Positions 1 to 9,618 of a DNA stretch of 18,129 bases are shown piece by piece (within the stretch, counting starts at the first letter, position 1; the number at the start of each line of letters is the position of its first letter). This stretch comes from Vulcanimicrobiaceae bacterium (GTDB lineage Bacteria > Vulcanimicrobiota > Vulcanimicrobiia > Vulcanimicrobiales > Vulcanimicrobiaceae): assembly GCA_046262595.1 (NCBI GenBank), contig JBHEMM010000007.1, forward strand, positions 9,945 to 28,073, written 5' to 3'. Both the position numbers and the translations under genes were made by a program. The notes under the pieces are model-generated. The model was not told the DNA's origin. It saw nothing but the letters and a program-made list of their open reading frames with translations, and searched no databases.

Positions 1-100
1 GATCTACACCGCCATCGTGATGCTGCGTTCAGCTATCGTGGAGCATGGAAAGCAGAATGCAGTCGGCGCGGGCGCAGTCGTTCCGGATGCGAGCGTCTAA
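1..100 (+). CDS. 3' end of a gene running in from the left edge; possibly a TauE/SafE (TSUP) family membrane protein
   Basis: Frame 2 is open from the edge: IYTAIVMLRSAIVEHGKQNAVGAGAVVPDASV, ending at TAA 98-100 and overlapping the metH stop convergently by 4 nt. 'YTAIVMLRSA' resembles the last TM helix of TSUP-family permeases (from memory, weak). Confidence 0.4.
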   Translation, partial: IYTAIVMLRSAIVEHGKQNAVGAGAVVPDASV

Positions 101-3100
101 GGCGCAGCGGGCTCGAGCTCGCGCACGGCTGCAGCATTGAAATAGGCGGCCTTGGGATGGTGCAGCACGATCGCCGCCGTGGACTGTTCGGGAACGATCT
201 GAAACGCTTCGGTAAGCGTGACGCCGATTGCCGAAGCAGCATCGAGCAGGCGGAAAGCGGTCTGGTGCTGTGAAAGATCCGGACAGGCGCCATAGCCCCA
301 AGAATAGCGTTTGCCGCGATCGTCCGCGAGGCCGAGCTCCGCGCGGATTTGGCGGTGCGCGTACTCTGCTAGCGCTTCGGCACTTTGCACCGAAAAGCCG
401 TGTAGAAAATAGGACTCGCTGTATTCACCCGCCCGCTGCAACTCCTCAATCCGCGTGCCGGCCGGCGTGCCGACAGTGACCACTTGCAACGCGACCACGT
501 CCGATGCGCCGCCGTTTTCCGGCGTGCGCAGATAATCCGCAAGACAAAGATGTTCGCCGCCCGCTTGGCGCGCGAATGTGAAGCGCGCGATCTCTTTGCC
601 CCGCTGCTGCGGATCGTACAGAATAACGTCGTTGCCTTCGCCGGCCGCGGGATAGTAGCCGTAGACGAAGCGCGGCTCGAGCAAACCGTCCGTTATAGCA
701 GCGGATTGATAGCGGTGCAAACGCGGTTCGAAATCTTCGCGGATCAGCCGCTCGAACGCTTCGCCCTTCGTGTTCGAAGCGCCCCACGAGAGGCGGTATA
801 GACTGCGCAGGTCAAAGCAGCTCCACAGCTGCGCGGGGTCGACTTGCGTTACGGTGCGCGGCCCCCAAAACGGCGGGTGCGGCACGAGGGCGTGTTCCGA
901 CTTCACGCTGGACACCGTTACGGGCGCGCTCGCCGCCACGACGGTGTTGCGTGCGGCGTCGCGCAACCTGAACGCTTCGCTCTTGGCTCGTTCAACGAGT
1001 TGTTCGCGCGCCGCCGGCTCGGCAAGGCTCTCCATAATCTGCAGCCCTTCGAACGCGTCCTTCGCGTAAAACAGGCCCGGCGAGAAAAAGCGTTCGCCGT
1101 CGTCGAGCAGGACGATGCGCCGTCCGAAATCACGGTTGATGGCCGCCCCGCCTACGAGGACCGGGAACTGCAAACCGCGCGCGTCCTGCTCCTGCACGCA
1201 TATCGGCATCTGTTTGCTCGTCGAAACGAGCAGCGCGGAAAGACCGATGGCATCGGCATTTTCTTCGACGGCTCTCTCCAGAATCGTATTCATCGGCACC
1301 TGTTTGCCAAGATCGACGACAGTGTAGCCGTTGTTCTGCAAGATCGTATGAACCAAGTTTTTGCCGATGTCGTGAACGTCGCCGAACACCGTCGCCAGCA
1401 CGATTTTGCCTTTGCTCGCGCCTTCTTTCTTCTCGAGAAACTGCTCGAGATGGGCGACCGCCTTCTTCATGACTTCCGCCGACTGGAGCACGAACGGCAG
1501 GATCAGCTCGCCTGCGCCGAATTTGTCTCCCACTTCTTTCATTGCGGGAAGTAAGATTTCGTTCAGCACGCGGACCGCATCGCGCGATTCCAGCGCCCGA
1601 TCGATCTTTGCCTCAATGCCGTCCTTGCGCCGGCGCAGGATTGCGTTGTGAATCTGCACTTCGGGCGGCGCATCGCGATCGTCTGCGGCGTCGCCGGCTG
1701 CTTTTGCGGCCGGTGTAAGAGTCGCCGTTTCGTAAAACTCGATCAAACGCTGCAGCGCGTCGGGGCGGCGGTTGAGCACCAGGTCGTCGCAGAGCTCGCG
1801 CTGCTGCGTGCCGATCTCGGCGTACGGCGTGATCTCTTTGGGGTGCACCAGCGCCAGATCGAGGCCGGCTTGAACACAATGGTGCAGGAACACCGAATTG
1901 AGCGCGGCGCGGGCGGCCGGCTTCAGGCCGAACGAAACGTTGCTTACGCCAAGCGAGGTGAGCACGCCGGGCATCGCGGCTTTGATCAGACGAATGCCTT
2001 CGATGGTCTCCACCGCGGAGTTGATGTATTCTTCGTCGCCTGTGGCCAACGTAAAGGTTAGATCGTCGAAGATCAGCGCGCCCGGCGGAATGCCGTATTC
2101 ACCGCACACGACGTCGTAGATACGCTGCGCCACTTCACGTTTTCGCTTACCAGTTTTCGCCATTCCCGCCTCATCGATCGTCAGCGCGACGACGGCGGCG
2201 CCGTGTTCTTTGGCAAGCGGAAGGATCGAATCGATCTTCGCGCGGCCGCTCTCGAGATGCACGGAGTTGACGATCGCGCGCCCGGGATAATTTTCAAGCG
2301 CCGCTTGGATCACGCGCGGTTCCGTTGAGTCGATCATCAGCGGCGCTTCGACCGATTGGGCGAGTTTGCGCACGAGCGCGCGCATCTGCCCTTCTTCATC
2401 CGTCCGTTCGGTCAACGCGCAGCAGACGTCCAGAACGTGCGCGCCGCCTTCAACCTGATCGCGCGCGATCAGCGCGATGTCGTCGTAACGATCTTCGAGC
2501 AGCATCGCTTTGAGCTTGCGCGAGCCTTGCGCGTTGATGCGTTCACCCACCAGCAAGGGCCGGGGCTCTTGTTCGAGCGTAAGCGCCGTCATGGCGGACG
2601 CGGCATACTGCAGCGGTTGAGCGGGGCGTTCGCGCCCTTTTGCGCCGCGCACCGCCTCACACAGCAGCGCGATGTGCTCGGGCGTCGAACCGCAACAGCC
2701 GCCCACGACATTCACTCCGAATTCGCGCACGAACGCTGCGAGCTCGGCGGCAAGTTCTTTAGGGGTTTCCGGGTAGATCGTCTCGCCTTTCGGGCCCATG
2801 ACAGGCAGGCCGGCATTCGGAATGACGCTGACATACTTCTCCGACATTTCGCTCAAGTAGCGCACCGGATCGCGCATTTGGGCGGGGCCTGTCGAGCAGT
2901 TCAAGCCGACGACGTCCACCGCAAGCGCGCCGAGCGTGGCGCAAATGGAGCGGATGTCCGTGCCGAGCAGCATGCGGCCTTCGGTGATGAGCGTCGGCTG
3001 CGCCTGGATCGGCACGCGGCGCATGCCTTTAGCAAACTCGCGCGTGATGCCCGCGATCGCGGCTTTGAGCTCGAGCAAGTCCTGCATCGTTTCGAGCAAG

Positions 3101-3582
3101 AGCAGATCCGCGCCGCCTTCGACGAGATGCCGCGCTTGTTCGCCGTAGAGATCCGCAAGCTGCGTGAAGGTGATTTTAGAAAGCGACGGGTCCGAGGAAG
3201 AGATGAGCATTCCCGTCGGGCCCATCGAACCGGCGACGAAACGCGGACGCGAAGCGGTAGAAAACTTCGCGCATGCCGCCCGCGCGAGCTGGGCGGCGTT
3301 GCGGTTGATCTCGGCGACGTTTTCGCCAAGGCCGTATTCGTCGAGCTTCAGCCGCGAGGCGGTAAAGGTGTCGGTCTCAACGACGTCCGCGCCGGCGGCG
3401 AGATAGTCTTCGTGAATCTGCTGAACGGCATCGGGCCGCGTGAGGACCAGCGCTTCGTTGCATCCGTGATACTGCGCGCCGCCGAAATCTTCCGTGCTCA
3501 GCTCCATCGCCATGAGCTGCGTGCCCATGGCGCCGTCGAAAACCAGAACGCGTTCGGAAAGCGCGCGCAGATACTCAGACAA
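97..3582 (-). CDS. metH: Cobalamin-dependent methionine synthase (~1161 aa)
   Basis: Hcy-binding domain (FDGAMGT, GLNCSTGP, GGCCG Zn ligands), pterin-binding domain (GERINAQGS, IDST, GVSNVSFG), cap domain (GELILPFVLQSAEVMK), B12-binding motif GDVHDIGKN...GLSALL and activation domain (RYSWGYGACP, PEQST). Start moved to TTG at 3582 (MSEYLRAL), overlapping the upstream stop by 8 nt. Confidence 0.97.
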   Translation of the reverse strand: MSEYLRALSERVLVFDGAMGTQLMAMELSTEDFGGAQYHGCNEALVLTRPDAVQQIHEDYLAAGADVVETDTFTASRLKLDEYGLGENVAEINRNAAQLARAACAKFSTASRPRFVAGSMGPTGMLISSSDPSLSKITFTQLADLYGEQARHLVEGGADLLLLETMQDLLELKAAIAGITREFAKGMRRVPIQAQPTLITEGRMLLGTDIRSICATLGALAVDVVGLNCSTGPAQMRDPVRYLSEMSEKYVSVIPNAGLPVMGPKGETIYPETPKELAAELAAFVREFGVNVVGGCCGSTPEHIALLCEAVRGAKGRERPAQPLQYAASAMTALTLEQEPRPLLVGERINAQGSRKLKAMLLEDRYDDIALIARDQVEGGAHVLDVCCALTERTDEEGQMRALVRKLAQSVEAPLMIDSTEPRVIQAALENYPGRAIVNSVHLESGRAKIDSILPLAKEHGAAVVALTIDEAGMAKTGKRKREVAQRIYDVVCGEYGIPPGALIFDDLTFTLATGDEEYINSAVETIEGIRLIKAAMPGVLTSLGVSNVSFGLKPAARAALNSVFLHHCVQAGLDLALVHPKEITPYAEIGTQQRELCDDLVLNRRPDALQRLIEFYETATLTPAAKAAGDAADDRDAPPEVQIHNAILRRRKDGIEAKIDRALESRDAVRVLNEILLPAMKEVGDKFGAGELILPFVLQSAEVMKKAVAHLEQFLEKKEGASKGKIVLATVFGDVHDIGKNLVHTILQNNGYTVVDLGKQVPMNTILERAVEENADAIGLSALLVSTSKQMPICVQEQDARGLQFPVLVGGAAINRDFGRRIVLLDDGERFFSPGLFYAKDAFEGLQIMESLAEPAAREQLVERAKSEAFRLRDAARNTVVAASAPVTVSSVKSEHALVPHPPFWGPRTVTQVDPAQLWSCFDLRSLYRLSWGASNTKGEAFERLIREDFEPRLHRYQSAAITDGLLEPRFVYGYYPAAGEGNDVILYDPQQRGKEIARFTFARQAGGEHLCLADYLRTPENGGASDVVALQVVTVGTPAGTRIEELQRAGEYSESYFLHGFSVQSAEALAEYAHRQIRAELGLADDRGKRYSWGYGACPDLSQHQTAFRLLDAASAIGVTLTEAFQIVPEQSTAAIVLHHPKAAYFNAAAVRELEPAAP

Positions 3583-4579
3583 GGGCGGATATCTCGCCCA
3601 CATGCGTGCCGGAGCGGTTGAAGAGCTGCGGGCGTTCGAACGGCGCGAGCGACGCAAGTGCAGCCGGTTCGAGCCAATTCAAACGGCGCAAAATGCCCAC
3701 GACAGCCGGCGCACGCCCCCTTGAGGTACCATCAAGCACTTTTACCACCAAACCGCCGCGTCCAAGCACCGCAACGCCGTGCACGCCTTCTGCACCCGCT
3801 TTACACGCGACGGCGCCGTTCGCCGCCAACATCAACTCGGTATCGAATTCGCCGGTCCCCGAAACATACTGCGGATATGCAATCATGGCATCGCGCACCG
3901 CGCGCAGCGCGCGCGCGTCGCCGCCGGCGATGCCGTTCAGCGTCGCAAACCGCATGAACGAGAGCGCCGCGTTGCGCAGCGGCACCGCATAAACCGGGAT
4001 GCCGCACCCGTCCACACCGATAGGCATCCTTTGCGGACGTTCGTCCGAAAGACGCGCGCACATCGCCAGGATGGTTTGCTGCGCCGCATTTTGGGGCGCG
4101 AGATACGTTGCCGTGTCGGCGCCGATGGCTCGGCAGAGGGCGAGAATGCCCGCATGTTTACCCGAACAGTTGTTGTAGACCGCCGTGGGAACGGTCCCGC
4201 TCTCTTGCAGAGCCTGCGCTGCGGCACCGTTGTACGGCGCGTGCGCGCCGCATTGCAGCGCGCTCTCGCTTAAGCCGGTTTTCTGCAGAATCGATCGCAC
4301 GGCCGCGATGTGAAACGGCTCGCCCGTATGCGAGGCTGCCATGACTGCAATCTCTTGCGGCTCCAAATGGAAGCGTTCGCGCACACCGGCGGCGAGTGCG
4401 GCCGCGGCGATGAACGGTTTGGCGGTCGAGCGTAAGTAAAACGGAACGTCGATCGAGCCGGCGCTATAAACGATGTTGCCGGCGGCATCGAGCGCGCAGG
4501 CGGCGATCTCGTGAACGGATTCGACGAGATCGCCGCGCGAAACGCGAACGAGGGGTTCTCCGGCCGGCAGTGCGCTCAA
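3575..4579 (-). CDS. Asparaginase II family (class 3, Rhizobium etli-type L-asparaginase-like) protein
   Basis: Motifs RGxLVESVH, RSTAKP, ASHTGE, NNCSGKH, DGCG and KAGAEG are typical of the family. TTG start overlaps the cysK TGA (TTGA). Confidence 0.9.
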   Translation of the reverse strand: MSALPAGEPLVRVSRGDLVESVHEIAACALDAAGNIVYSAGSIDVPFYLRSTAKPFIAAAALAAGVRERFHLEPQEIAVMAASHTGEPFHIAAVRSILQKTGLSESALQCGAHAPYNGAAAQALQESGTVPTAVYNNCSGKHAGILALCRAIGADTATYLAPQNAAQQTILAMCARLSDERPQRMPIGVDGCGIPVYAVPLRNAALSFMRFATLNGIAGGDARALRAVRDAMIAYPQYVSGTGEFDTELMLAANGAVACKAGAEGVHGVAVLGRGGLVVKVLDGTSRGRAPAVVGILRRLNWLEPAALASLAPFERPQLFNRSGTHVGEISALV

Positions 4580-5538
4580 ACCAGCGCCGGTTCGACGATC
4601 GTGGCTTCTTGTTCGGCAAAGACGGGATTCGAAAGGTACCGTTCGCCCGTGTCGCAGCCGACGGTGACGATGAGCTTACCCTTGGACTCCGGACGCGCCG
4701 CGATCTGCAGCGCCGCCCAAATGTTCGCGCCCGCCGATATGCCGAGGAGCATGCCTTCCTCGCGCGCTGCCCGCCGCGCCATTCCTATGGCATCGGCGTC
4801 GGTAACGCGCATGACGTCTTGATACGCATTCGTGTTTAAAATCTTCGGTACGAAACCGGCGCCGGTGCCCTGAATCTTGTGCGGTCCGGGCGTTCCGCCG
4901 GAAAGTACAGCCGACGTGTCGGGTTCGACGGCAACGATCTGCACCGAAGGCTTGCGTTCACGCAGCACTTCACCGACGCCCGTCACGGTGCCGCCGGTGC
5001 CGACCGCGGCGACGAACACGTCCACCGCGCCGTCCGTGTCGCGCCACACCTCTTCGGCGGTCGTGCGCCGGTGTATCTCGGGATTCGCAGCATTCTCAAA
5101 CTGCTGCGGCATGTAGTACTTCGCCGGATCGGTTTGCACGATCTCGCGCGCCTTGGCGATGGCGCCGTTCATGCCTTGCGCGCCGGGCGTGAGAATCACT
5201 TGGGCGCCGTACGCTTTGAGCAGATTGCGGCGCTCGATCGTCATCGTGTCGGGCATCACAAGCACGATCGGATAGCCCTTCGCCGCAGCCACGAACGCGA
5301 GCGCGATGCCGGTGTTGCCGGAGGTGGGCTCGATAATGACCGAACCGGGGCGCAAGCGGCCCTCGCGCTCCGCGGCTTCGATCATCGCCACGCCGATGCG
5401 ATCTTTCACAGAGCCTGCCGGATTGAACGATTCCATCTTGACCAGTACGGTGCCGGGCAGGCCCTTCGCCAGGCGGTTGAGCTTTACAAGCGGTGTGTTG
5501 CCGAACGTATCGGCGAGGTTTTCATATATGCGTGCCAT
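4576..5538 (-). CDS. cysK: Cysteine synthase A (O-acetylserine sulfhydrylase, PLP-dependent), 320 aa
   Basis: [15 protein letters not shown] (PLP lysine), [19 protein letters not shown] and DTGERYLS. Start at ATG 5538, preceded by an AGGAAG Shine-Dalgarno-like sequence. Confidence 0.95.
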   Translation of the reverse strand: MARIYENLADTFGNTPLVKLNRLAKGLPGTVLVKMESFNPAGSVKDRIGVAMIEAAEREGRLRPGSVIIEPTSGNTGIALAFVAAAKGYPIVLVMPDTMTIERRNLLKAYGAQVILTPGAQGMNGAIAKAREIVQTDPAKYYMPQQFENAANPEIHRRTTAEEVWRDTDGAVDVFVAAVGTGGTVTGVGEVLRERKPSVQIVAVEPDTSAVLSGGTPGPHKIQGTGAGFVPKILNTNAYQDVMRVTDADAIGMARRAAREEGMLLGISAGANIWAALQIAARPESKGKLIVTVGCDTGERYLSNPVFAEQEATIVEPALV

Positions 5539-5601
5539 CGTGCTTCCTATAACCAACGCGGACAGGCTGCCGTTGCGCGGCGCCCGAACGTCTTTGCGGT
5601 A

Positions 5602-6633
5602 GTGTTCTCCCTAGCAGAAAAATCCTTATACGTGCGGGCTATCGACCTTTGGATCGATTCCATGCGGTCGCGCCGGCGCTGCTATGTTTCCCACGGGCAC
5701 TCGGACCATGCGCGCGAGCACGAGGTTATCGTTTCGACGTCCGCGACGGCGAAGATTTGCCGTGCCCGCTTTGCGCGAAGGCAAGAGCGCGCGGTCCAGA
5801 CCTCGCTGCTCGCGCCCGTGAATCCGCCGCGTCCGCCCGCGTCGTTCGAAGAGCACGAATTCAACGAGCCGTGGATCCCGCAAGGCGCGGCCGAGCACCA
5901 AATCACGCTCTTCTCCGCGGGCCACGTGCTGGGCAGCTCGCAAATGCTCATCCAGAGCGAAGCCGGGCGCTTCGTCTATACGGGTGATTTTAAATTGGCC
6001 GCTTCGTTCACGTGCGAGGCGCCCGAGGTGAAGCCGTGCGATGTCCTTTTGATGGAATGCACCTACGGCCGGCCGCATTACGCCTTTCCGCCGCGCGAAG
6101 AGGTGGCCGCCGACATGGTGGCCTTCGCGCGGGACGCGCTCGAAGCGGGCGCCGTGCCCGTGCTTTTCGCGTACTCGCTCGGCAAGGCGCAAGAGGCCGT
6201 CGCTATAGCCGGCAACGCGGGCCTGGCCGTGACGGTGCACGGTGCGGTTGCGAACATGTGCGAGGTGTACGCATCGTGCGGCGTGCAGCTGCCTGCGTAC
6301 GCGCGCTACGACGCGAACTTTGACGGCGAATCGGTACTGGTGTGGCCACCTTCCGGGCGTGCGCTGCCAAAAGCACTGCGTGGACGGCCGGTGCGCACCG
6401 CGATGCTGACCGGATGGACGCTCGACCGCAGCGCGCCGTTCCGTTATGGCGTGGACCGCGGCTTCGCGCTTTCCGATCATGCCGATTATCCTTCACTGCT
6501 GCGCTATATCGAGCTTGCTCAGCCGAAGAAAGTGCTGCTCAACCACGGGTGGCGCGACTTCACGCACCGGCTGCGGCGTATGGGCATCGACGCCGAATAC
6601 TTGGAGGAACATGCACAACTCGCGCTTTTCTAG
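5602..6633 (+). CDS. Metallo-beta-lactamase fold / beta-CASP-like nuclease, DNA ligase-associated exonuclease type (~343 aa)
   Basis: HGHSDH (HxHxDH), [34 protein letters not shown] and C-terminal NHG motifs. Start placed at GTG 5602, because the upstream part of the 584-aa ORF is antisense to cysK. Confidence 0.88.
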   Translation: MFSLAEKSLYVRAIDLWIDSMRSRRRCYVSHGHSDHAREHEVIVSTSATAKICRARFARRQERAVQTSLLAPVNPPRPPASFEEHEFNEPWIPQGAAEHQITLFSAGHVLGSSQMLIQSEAGRFVYTGDFKLAASFTCEAPEVKPCDVLLMECTYGRPHYAFPPREEVAADMVAFARDALEAGAVPVLFAYSLGKAQEAVAIAGNAGLAVTVHGAVANMCEVYASCGVQLPAYARYDANFDGESVLVWPPSGRALPKALRGRPVRTAMLTGWTLDRSAPFRYGVDRGFALSDHADYPSLLRYIELAQPKKVLLNHGWRDFTHRLRRMGIDAEYLEEHAQLALF

Positions 6634-8359
6634 CATTAGCGTTTACGCCGTACTTGCGGCGCTGCTTTTTATCGAAGTGCCGGCGGCGGCCGCATCGCCG
6701 CCGACCATGGACGATGCGCTCAATGCCATCGCGGCGTACGCGCCGCAGGCGCTCGCCGAACAAGACGCACCCGGCGTTTCGATTGCAATCACGGACAAGA
6801 CGCACACGCTGCGCGTGATCGCGTTAGGCTTCGCGAATCTCGATGCGAAAACGCCCGTCACCGCGCAAACGCGGTTTCCCGTCGGCTCGATCACCAAAGG
6901 CATGACTGCGACGGCGCTGATGGAATTGCGCGATGCCGGAACATTCGATCCGGCAAAACCGGTGCGGTCGTATCTGCCGTGGTGGAGTATCCGCAGCGGC
7001 GGCGCCACCATCTACGCGCATCAATTGCTCTCGCACACGGCCGGCATTCCGGATGATTACACGTTCGCTCCCGGCTATCTGTTCAGCGTGGCGGCTCTGC
7101 GCCAAGCGCAGACAATCTTTACGCCCGGTACTCGCTGGTCGTATTCCAACGACGGCCTCTCGAGCGCCGGCGCGATTCTTGCCGCGCTTGACGGACGTCC
7201 GTGGGAGCAATCCGTGCAGGCGCGTGTTTTCGACCGGCTCGGCATGACGCACACGAGCGCAGCGTTCACTCCTCAGACGTTGTCCGACGCGGCGAACGGC
7301 TACGTATTCAGCGAGATGAACGCGATCGTGCCGGACCATCCGCATCTCGTCTCCTCGCTGCCGGGCGACTTCGTCGACCCGGCCGGCACGGTGATTTCCA
7401 CGCCCGGTGACATGGCGCGCTACATGCGCTTTCTGCTCAATGGCGGTGCCGCGGCCGACGGTGCGCCCGTCGTATCGGCGCAAAGTTACGCGATGATGAC
7501 CACGCCCGACGACATGCACGGTAAGCCTGCAGGCCAGGCCACTCCCGAGCTGTCGGAAGCCCCGCTGCTCTATCAGCACTACGGCTTCGGCTTGGGACTG
7601 CACGAGGAAAACGGCGAGAAGCACGTGTCGCATACGGGCGGCATTGCCGGTTACAGCGCCTGCATGGACACGAACGTCACGCGCGGATTCGGCGTCATCG
7701 CAATGTCCAACCTGGTGGAAGCGCCGCTGCATCCGTGCGCTATCGTGCTCTACGCGATGCAGGTGCTGCGCGCACAAAGCGCCGGGGAGGCGCTGCCGCC
7801 TGCGCCTGCGGCGCAAGGTATGTATCTGCAGCGCTCGGCCGTTGCAAACGCGGCGAAACTTGCGGGCACGTATACGGCGCCCGACGGTTCGCAGTTAACG
7901 TTTGTGCCGCAAGGCGCCGGCGTTGCGCTGCAAAACGGCTCGACGCCCGAAACGCTGTACGCGCGGGGCGGCAACACGTTCTATGTGAACGATCGGCGCT
8001 TTGCGGTGTACGGCCTAACGTTCGTTCCGGACAAGAGCGGGGCGATCGCGCAGTTGTACTCCGGAGACCAGTGGTACTACGGTGCAGCGTATCGCGGACT
8101 CAAAACGTTCAGCGCTCCGGCACATCTGGCGCAGCTTGCCGGTCGCTACGAGGGCGATCAGTTGTGGGGGCAAAGCATTGCAACGCGCGTCTTTGCGGTG
8201 AAGGGCCGTCTCACGGCAGACGGCTCGCCGCTGCTGCTGCAAAAAGACCGGTCGTACAGGCTGGGCACGTCGGCCGTGCGCTTCGACACGCTCGCCGCAG
8301 GACAAATGCAGCGCATGTGGATCGACGGCATTCCGTTCTACCGGATCGATCTGCCTTAA
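6611..8359 (+). CDS. Secreted serine hydrolase, beta-lactamase class C / penicillin-binding-protein-like family, with C-terminal extension (~582 aa)
   Basis: SxxK (GSITK), LLSHTAG, YxN (YSN) and HTGG motifs. N-terminal signal peptide ending in AAA. GGAGG SD at 6603-6607 before ATG 6611. Confidence 0.88.
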   Translation: MHNSRFSSISVYAVLAALLFIEVPAAAASPPTMDDALNAIAAYAPQALAEQDAPGVSIAITDKTHTLRVIALGFANLDAKTPVTAQTRFPVGSITKGMTATALMELRDAGTFDPAKPVRSYLPWWSIRSGGATIYAHQLLSHTAGIPDDYTFAPGYLFSVAALRQAQTIFTPGTRWSYSNDGLSSAGAILAALDGRPWEQSVQARVFDRLGMTHTSAAFTPQTLSDAANGYVFSEMNAIVPDHPHLVSSLPGDFVDPAGTVISTPGDMARYMRFLLNGGAAADGAPVVSAQSYAMMTTPDDMHGKPAGQATPELSEAPLLYQHYGFGLGLHEENGEKHVSHTGGIAGYSACMDTNVTRGFGVIAMSNLVEAPLHPCAIVLYAMQVLRAQSAGEALPPAPAAQGMYLQRSAVANAAKLAGTYTAPDGSQLTFVPQGAGVALQNGSTPETLYARGGNTFYVNDRRFAVYGLTFVPDKSGAIAQLYSGDQWYYGAAYRGLKTFSAPAHLAQLAGRYEGDQLWGQSIATRVFAVKGRLTADGSPLLLQKDRSYRLGTSAVRFDTLAAGQMQRMWIDGIPFYRIDLP

Positions 8360-8399
8360 AGGCGTAGCGGACACGCAAAGCGCGCGCCCGGCTTGCGAC

Positions 8400-8678
8400 T
8401 CAGTCGACGCCGATGTCCCACAGCATGCCGAGATCTTTCTTCGCGAACGAGCGGAACGAGATCAGCGTCTCCGTGTCTTCGATGCCTTCGAGCGCGCCGA
8501 TTTTCTCGGTCACAAGGTCGTTCAGCTGGTCGTGTTCCCGGACGCGTACGACGGCGATCATGTCGAAGGGGCCGGCCACGCTGTAGACTTCCGCAATACC
8601 GTCGATGGCCAGCAAATCATCTGCCACGCTTTTTAGGCGGGGGCGCTCGACGTTCATGAGAATAAATGCGGTTACCAT
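8400..8678 (-). CDS. Stand-alone Lrp/AsnC ligand-binding (RAM) domain protein, 92 aa, no HTH
   Basis: MVTAFILMNVE...IAEVYSVAGPFDMIAVVRV...IEDTETLISF matches the Lrp/AsnC C-terminal domain pattern. Confidence 0.85.
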   Translation of the reverse strand: MVTAFILMNVERPRLKSVADDLLAIDGIAEVYSVAGPFDMIAVVRVREHDQLNDLVTEKIGALEGIEDTETLISFRSFAKKDLGMLWDIGVD

Positions 8679-8723
8679 GATGAACTGCGTTCGCTTCACC
8701 CGGCTGCTCCCCCGCTTGAGCCG

Positions 8724-9617
8724 ATGAGCCCGACCCGCGCCGAATTTCTCGCCTCGGCGGGCGCGCTCGGCGTGGCCCAACTCACGCCGACTGCGCCTGC
8801 GGCGCCCGCGCCCGGCCTCATGTTCGTGGAGCATTTGACGTCCGCCCCGTTTCCGCATGCGAGCCGCGCCGCCGGTCATACGTATCAAAACACGTTCTAC
8901 GATGCCGCAGCCCATTACAGCGACTCGAGCGTCGGCGTCTTCGTTCCCAATGGGTACGTTCCGCGCGACGACGTCGATCTGATCGTTCACTTCCATGGAT
9001 GGAACAACAGCGTTGCGGGTGTTTTCCAGCGCTATAAAATTGCGGAGCAGTTGGCAGCGACGAACGTCAACGCCATCTTGGTCGTTCCTCAAGGGCCGCT
9101 CAACGCGCCCGATTCAGGCGACGGCAAACTGGAACTCGACGAAAACGGTTTCGCGCGCTTCGTCGCCGATGTGATCGCATCGTTACGAGCGCGCGGGGCG
9201 ATTCACACGTCACGCCCGGGCCGCATCGCGCTGACCGCGCATAGCGGCGGCTACGGCGGATTGGGAGGCGTCCTCACCCGTGGAGGCATGAACGGCCGCA
9301 TCAGCGACGTTATTCTTTTCGATGCCGCGTACGGGTATTTCGATGCCGTTGCGAATTGGGCGAAGAGCGCGCCGCATCACCGGCTGCTCAGTCTCTTCAC
9401 CGATGACACGAGCACCGGAAATGCGGCTCTCATGGCCATGCTGCAGGGGCCGGCACCGAATCTGTACGTGCGTTTGGCCTCGCAAATGACACTCGAAAAT
9501 ATGCGCGTTCATGCGCCCACGTTCGTCCTTACGACCGGCGTTGCGCACGACGAGCTGTTGCAGAAATTTTCCTGGTATGGGCTGTTCCTGCAGACGACGG
9601 CGCTGAACCGCCGCTGA
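8724..9617 (+). CDS. Exported alpha/beta-hydrolase fold protein with Tat-like signal peptide
   Basis: HFHGW oxyanion region, nucleophile elbow AHSGG, FDAAYG and C-terminal HDEL (candidate catalytic His). N-terminus TRAEFL followed by a hydrophobic stretch and a Pro/Ala linker. Confidence 0.75.
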   Translation: MSPTRAEFLASAGALGVAQLTPTAPAAPAPGLMFVEHLTSAPFPHASRAAGHTYQNTFYDAAAHYSDSSVGVFVPNGYVPRDDVDLIVHFHGWNNSVAGVFQRYKIAEQLAATNVNAILVVPQGPLNAPDSGDGKLELDENGFARFVADVIASLRARGAIHTSRPGRIALTAHSGGYGGLGGVLTRGGMNGRISDVILFDAAYGYFDAVANWAKSAPHHRLLSLFTDDTSTGNAALMAMLQGPAPNLYVRLASQMTLENMRVHAPTFVLTTGVAHDELLQKFSWYGLFLQTTALNRR

Positions 9618-9618
9618 G

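Noticed and set aside
844..3621. 236-aa and 421-aa plus-strand ORFs
   Set aside because: Antisense shadows of metH with no recognisable domains.
4879..5601. Apparent 241-aa N-terminal extension of the MBL nuclease (584-aa ORF)
   Set aside because: Antisense to cysK. Family-like sequence begins only near GTG 5602.
5539..5601. SAM or cobalamin riboswitch or T-box upstream of cysK-metH
   Set aside because: Only 63 nt between divergent genes, with no recognisable aptamer motifs.
6611..8359. Antibiotic-resistance beta-lactamase
   Set aside because: The motifs define only the broad serine hydrolase family. The long C-terminal extension is more typical of peptidases and esterases.
8360..8399. Intrinsic terminator between convergent genes
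   Set aside because: Only a weak 4-bp stem and no U-tract.
8679..9092. N-terminal extension making the Lrp/AsnC protein 230 aa
   Set aside because: Antisense to the hydrolase gene and contains no HTH.
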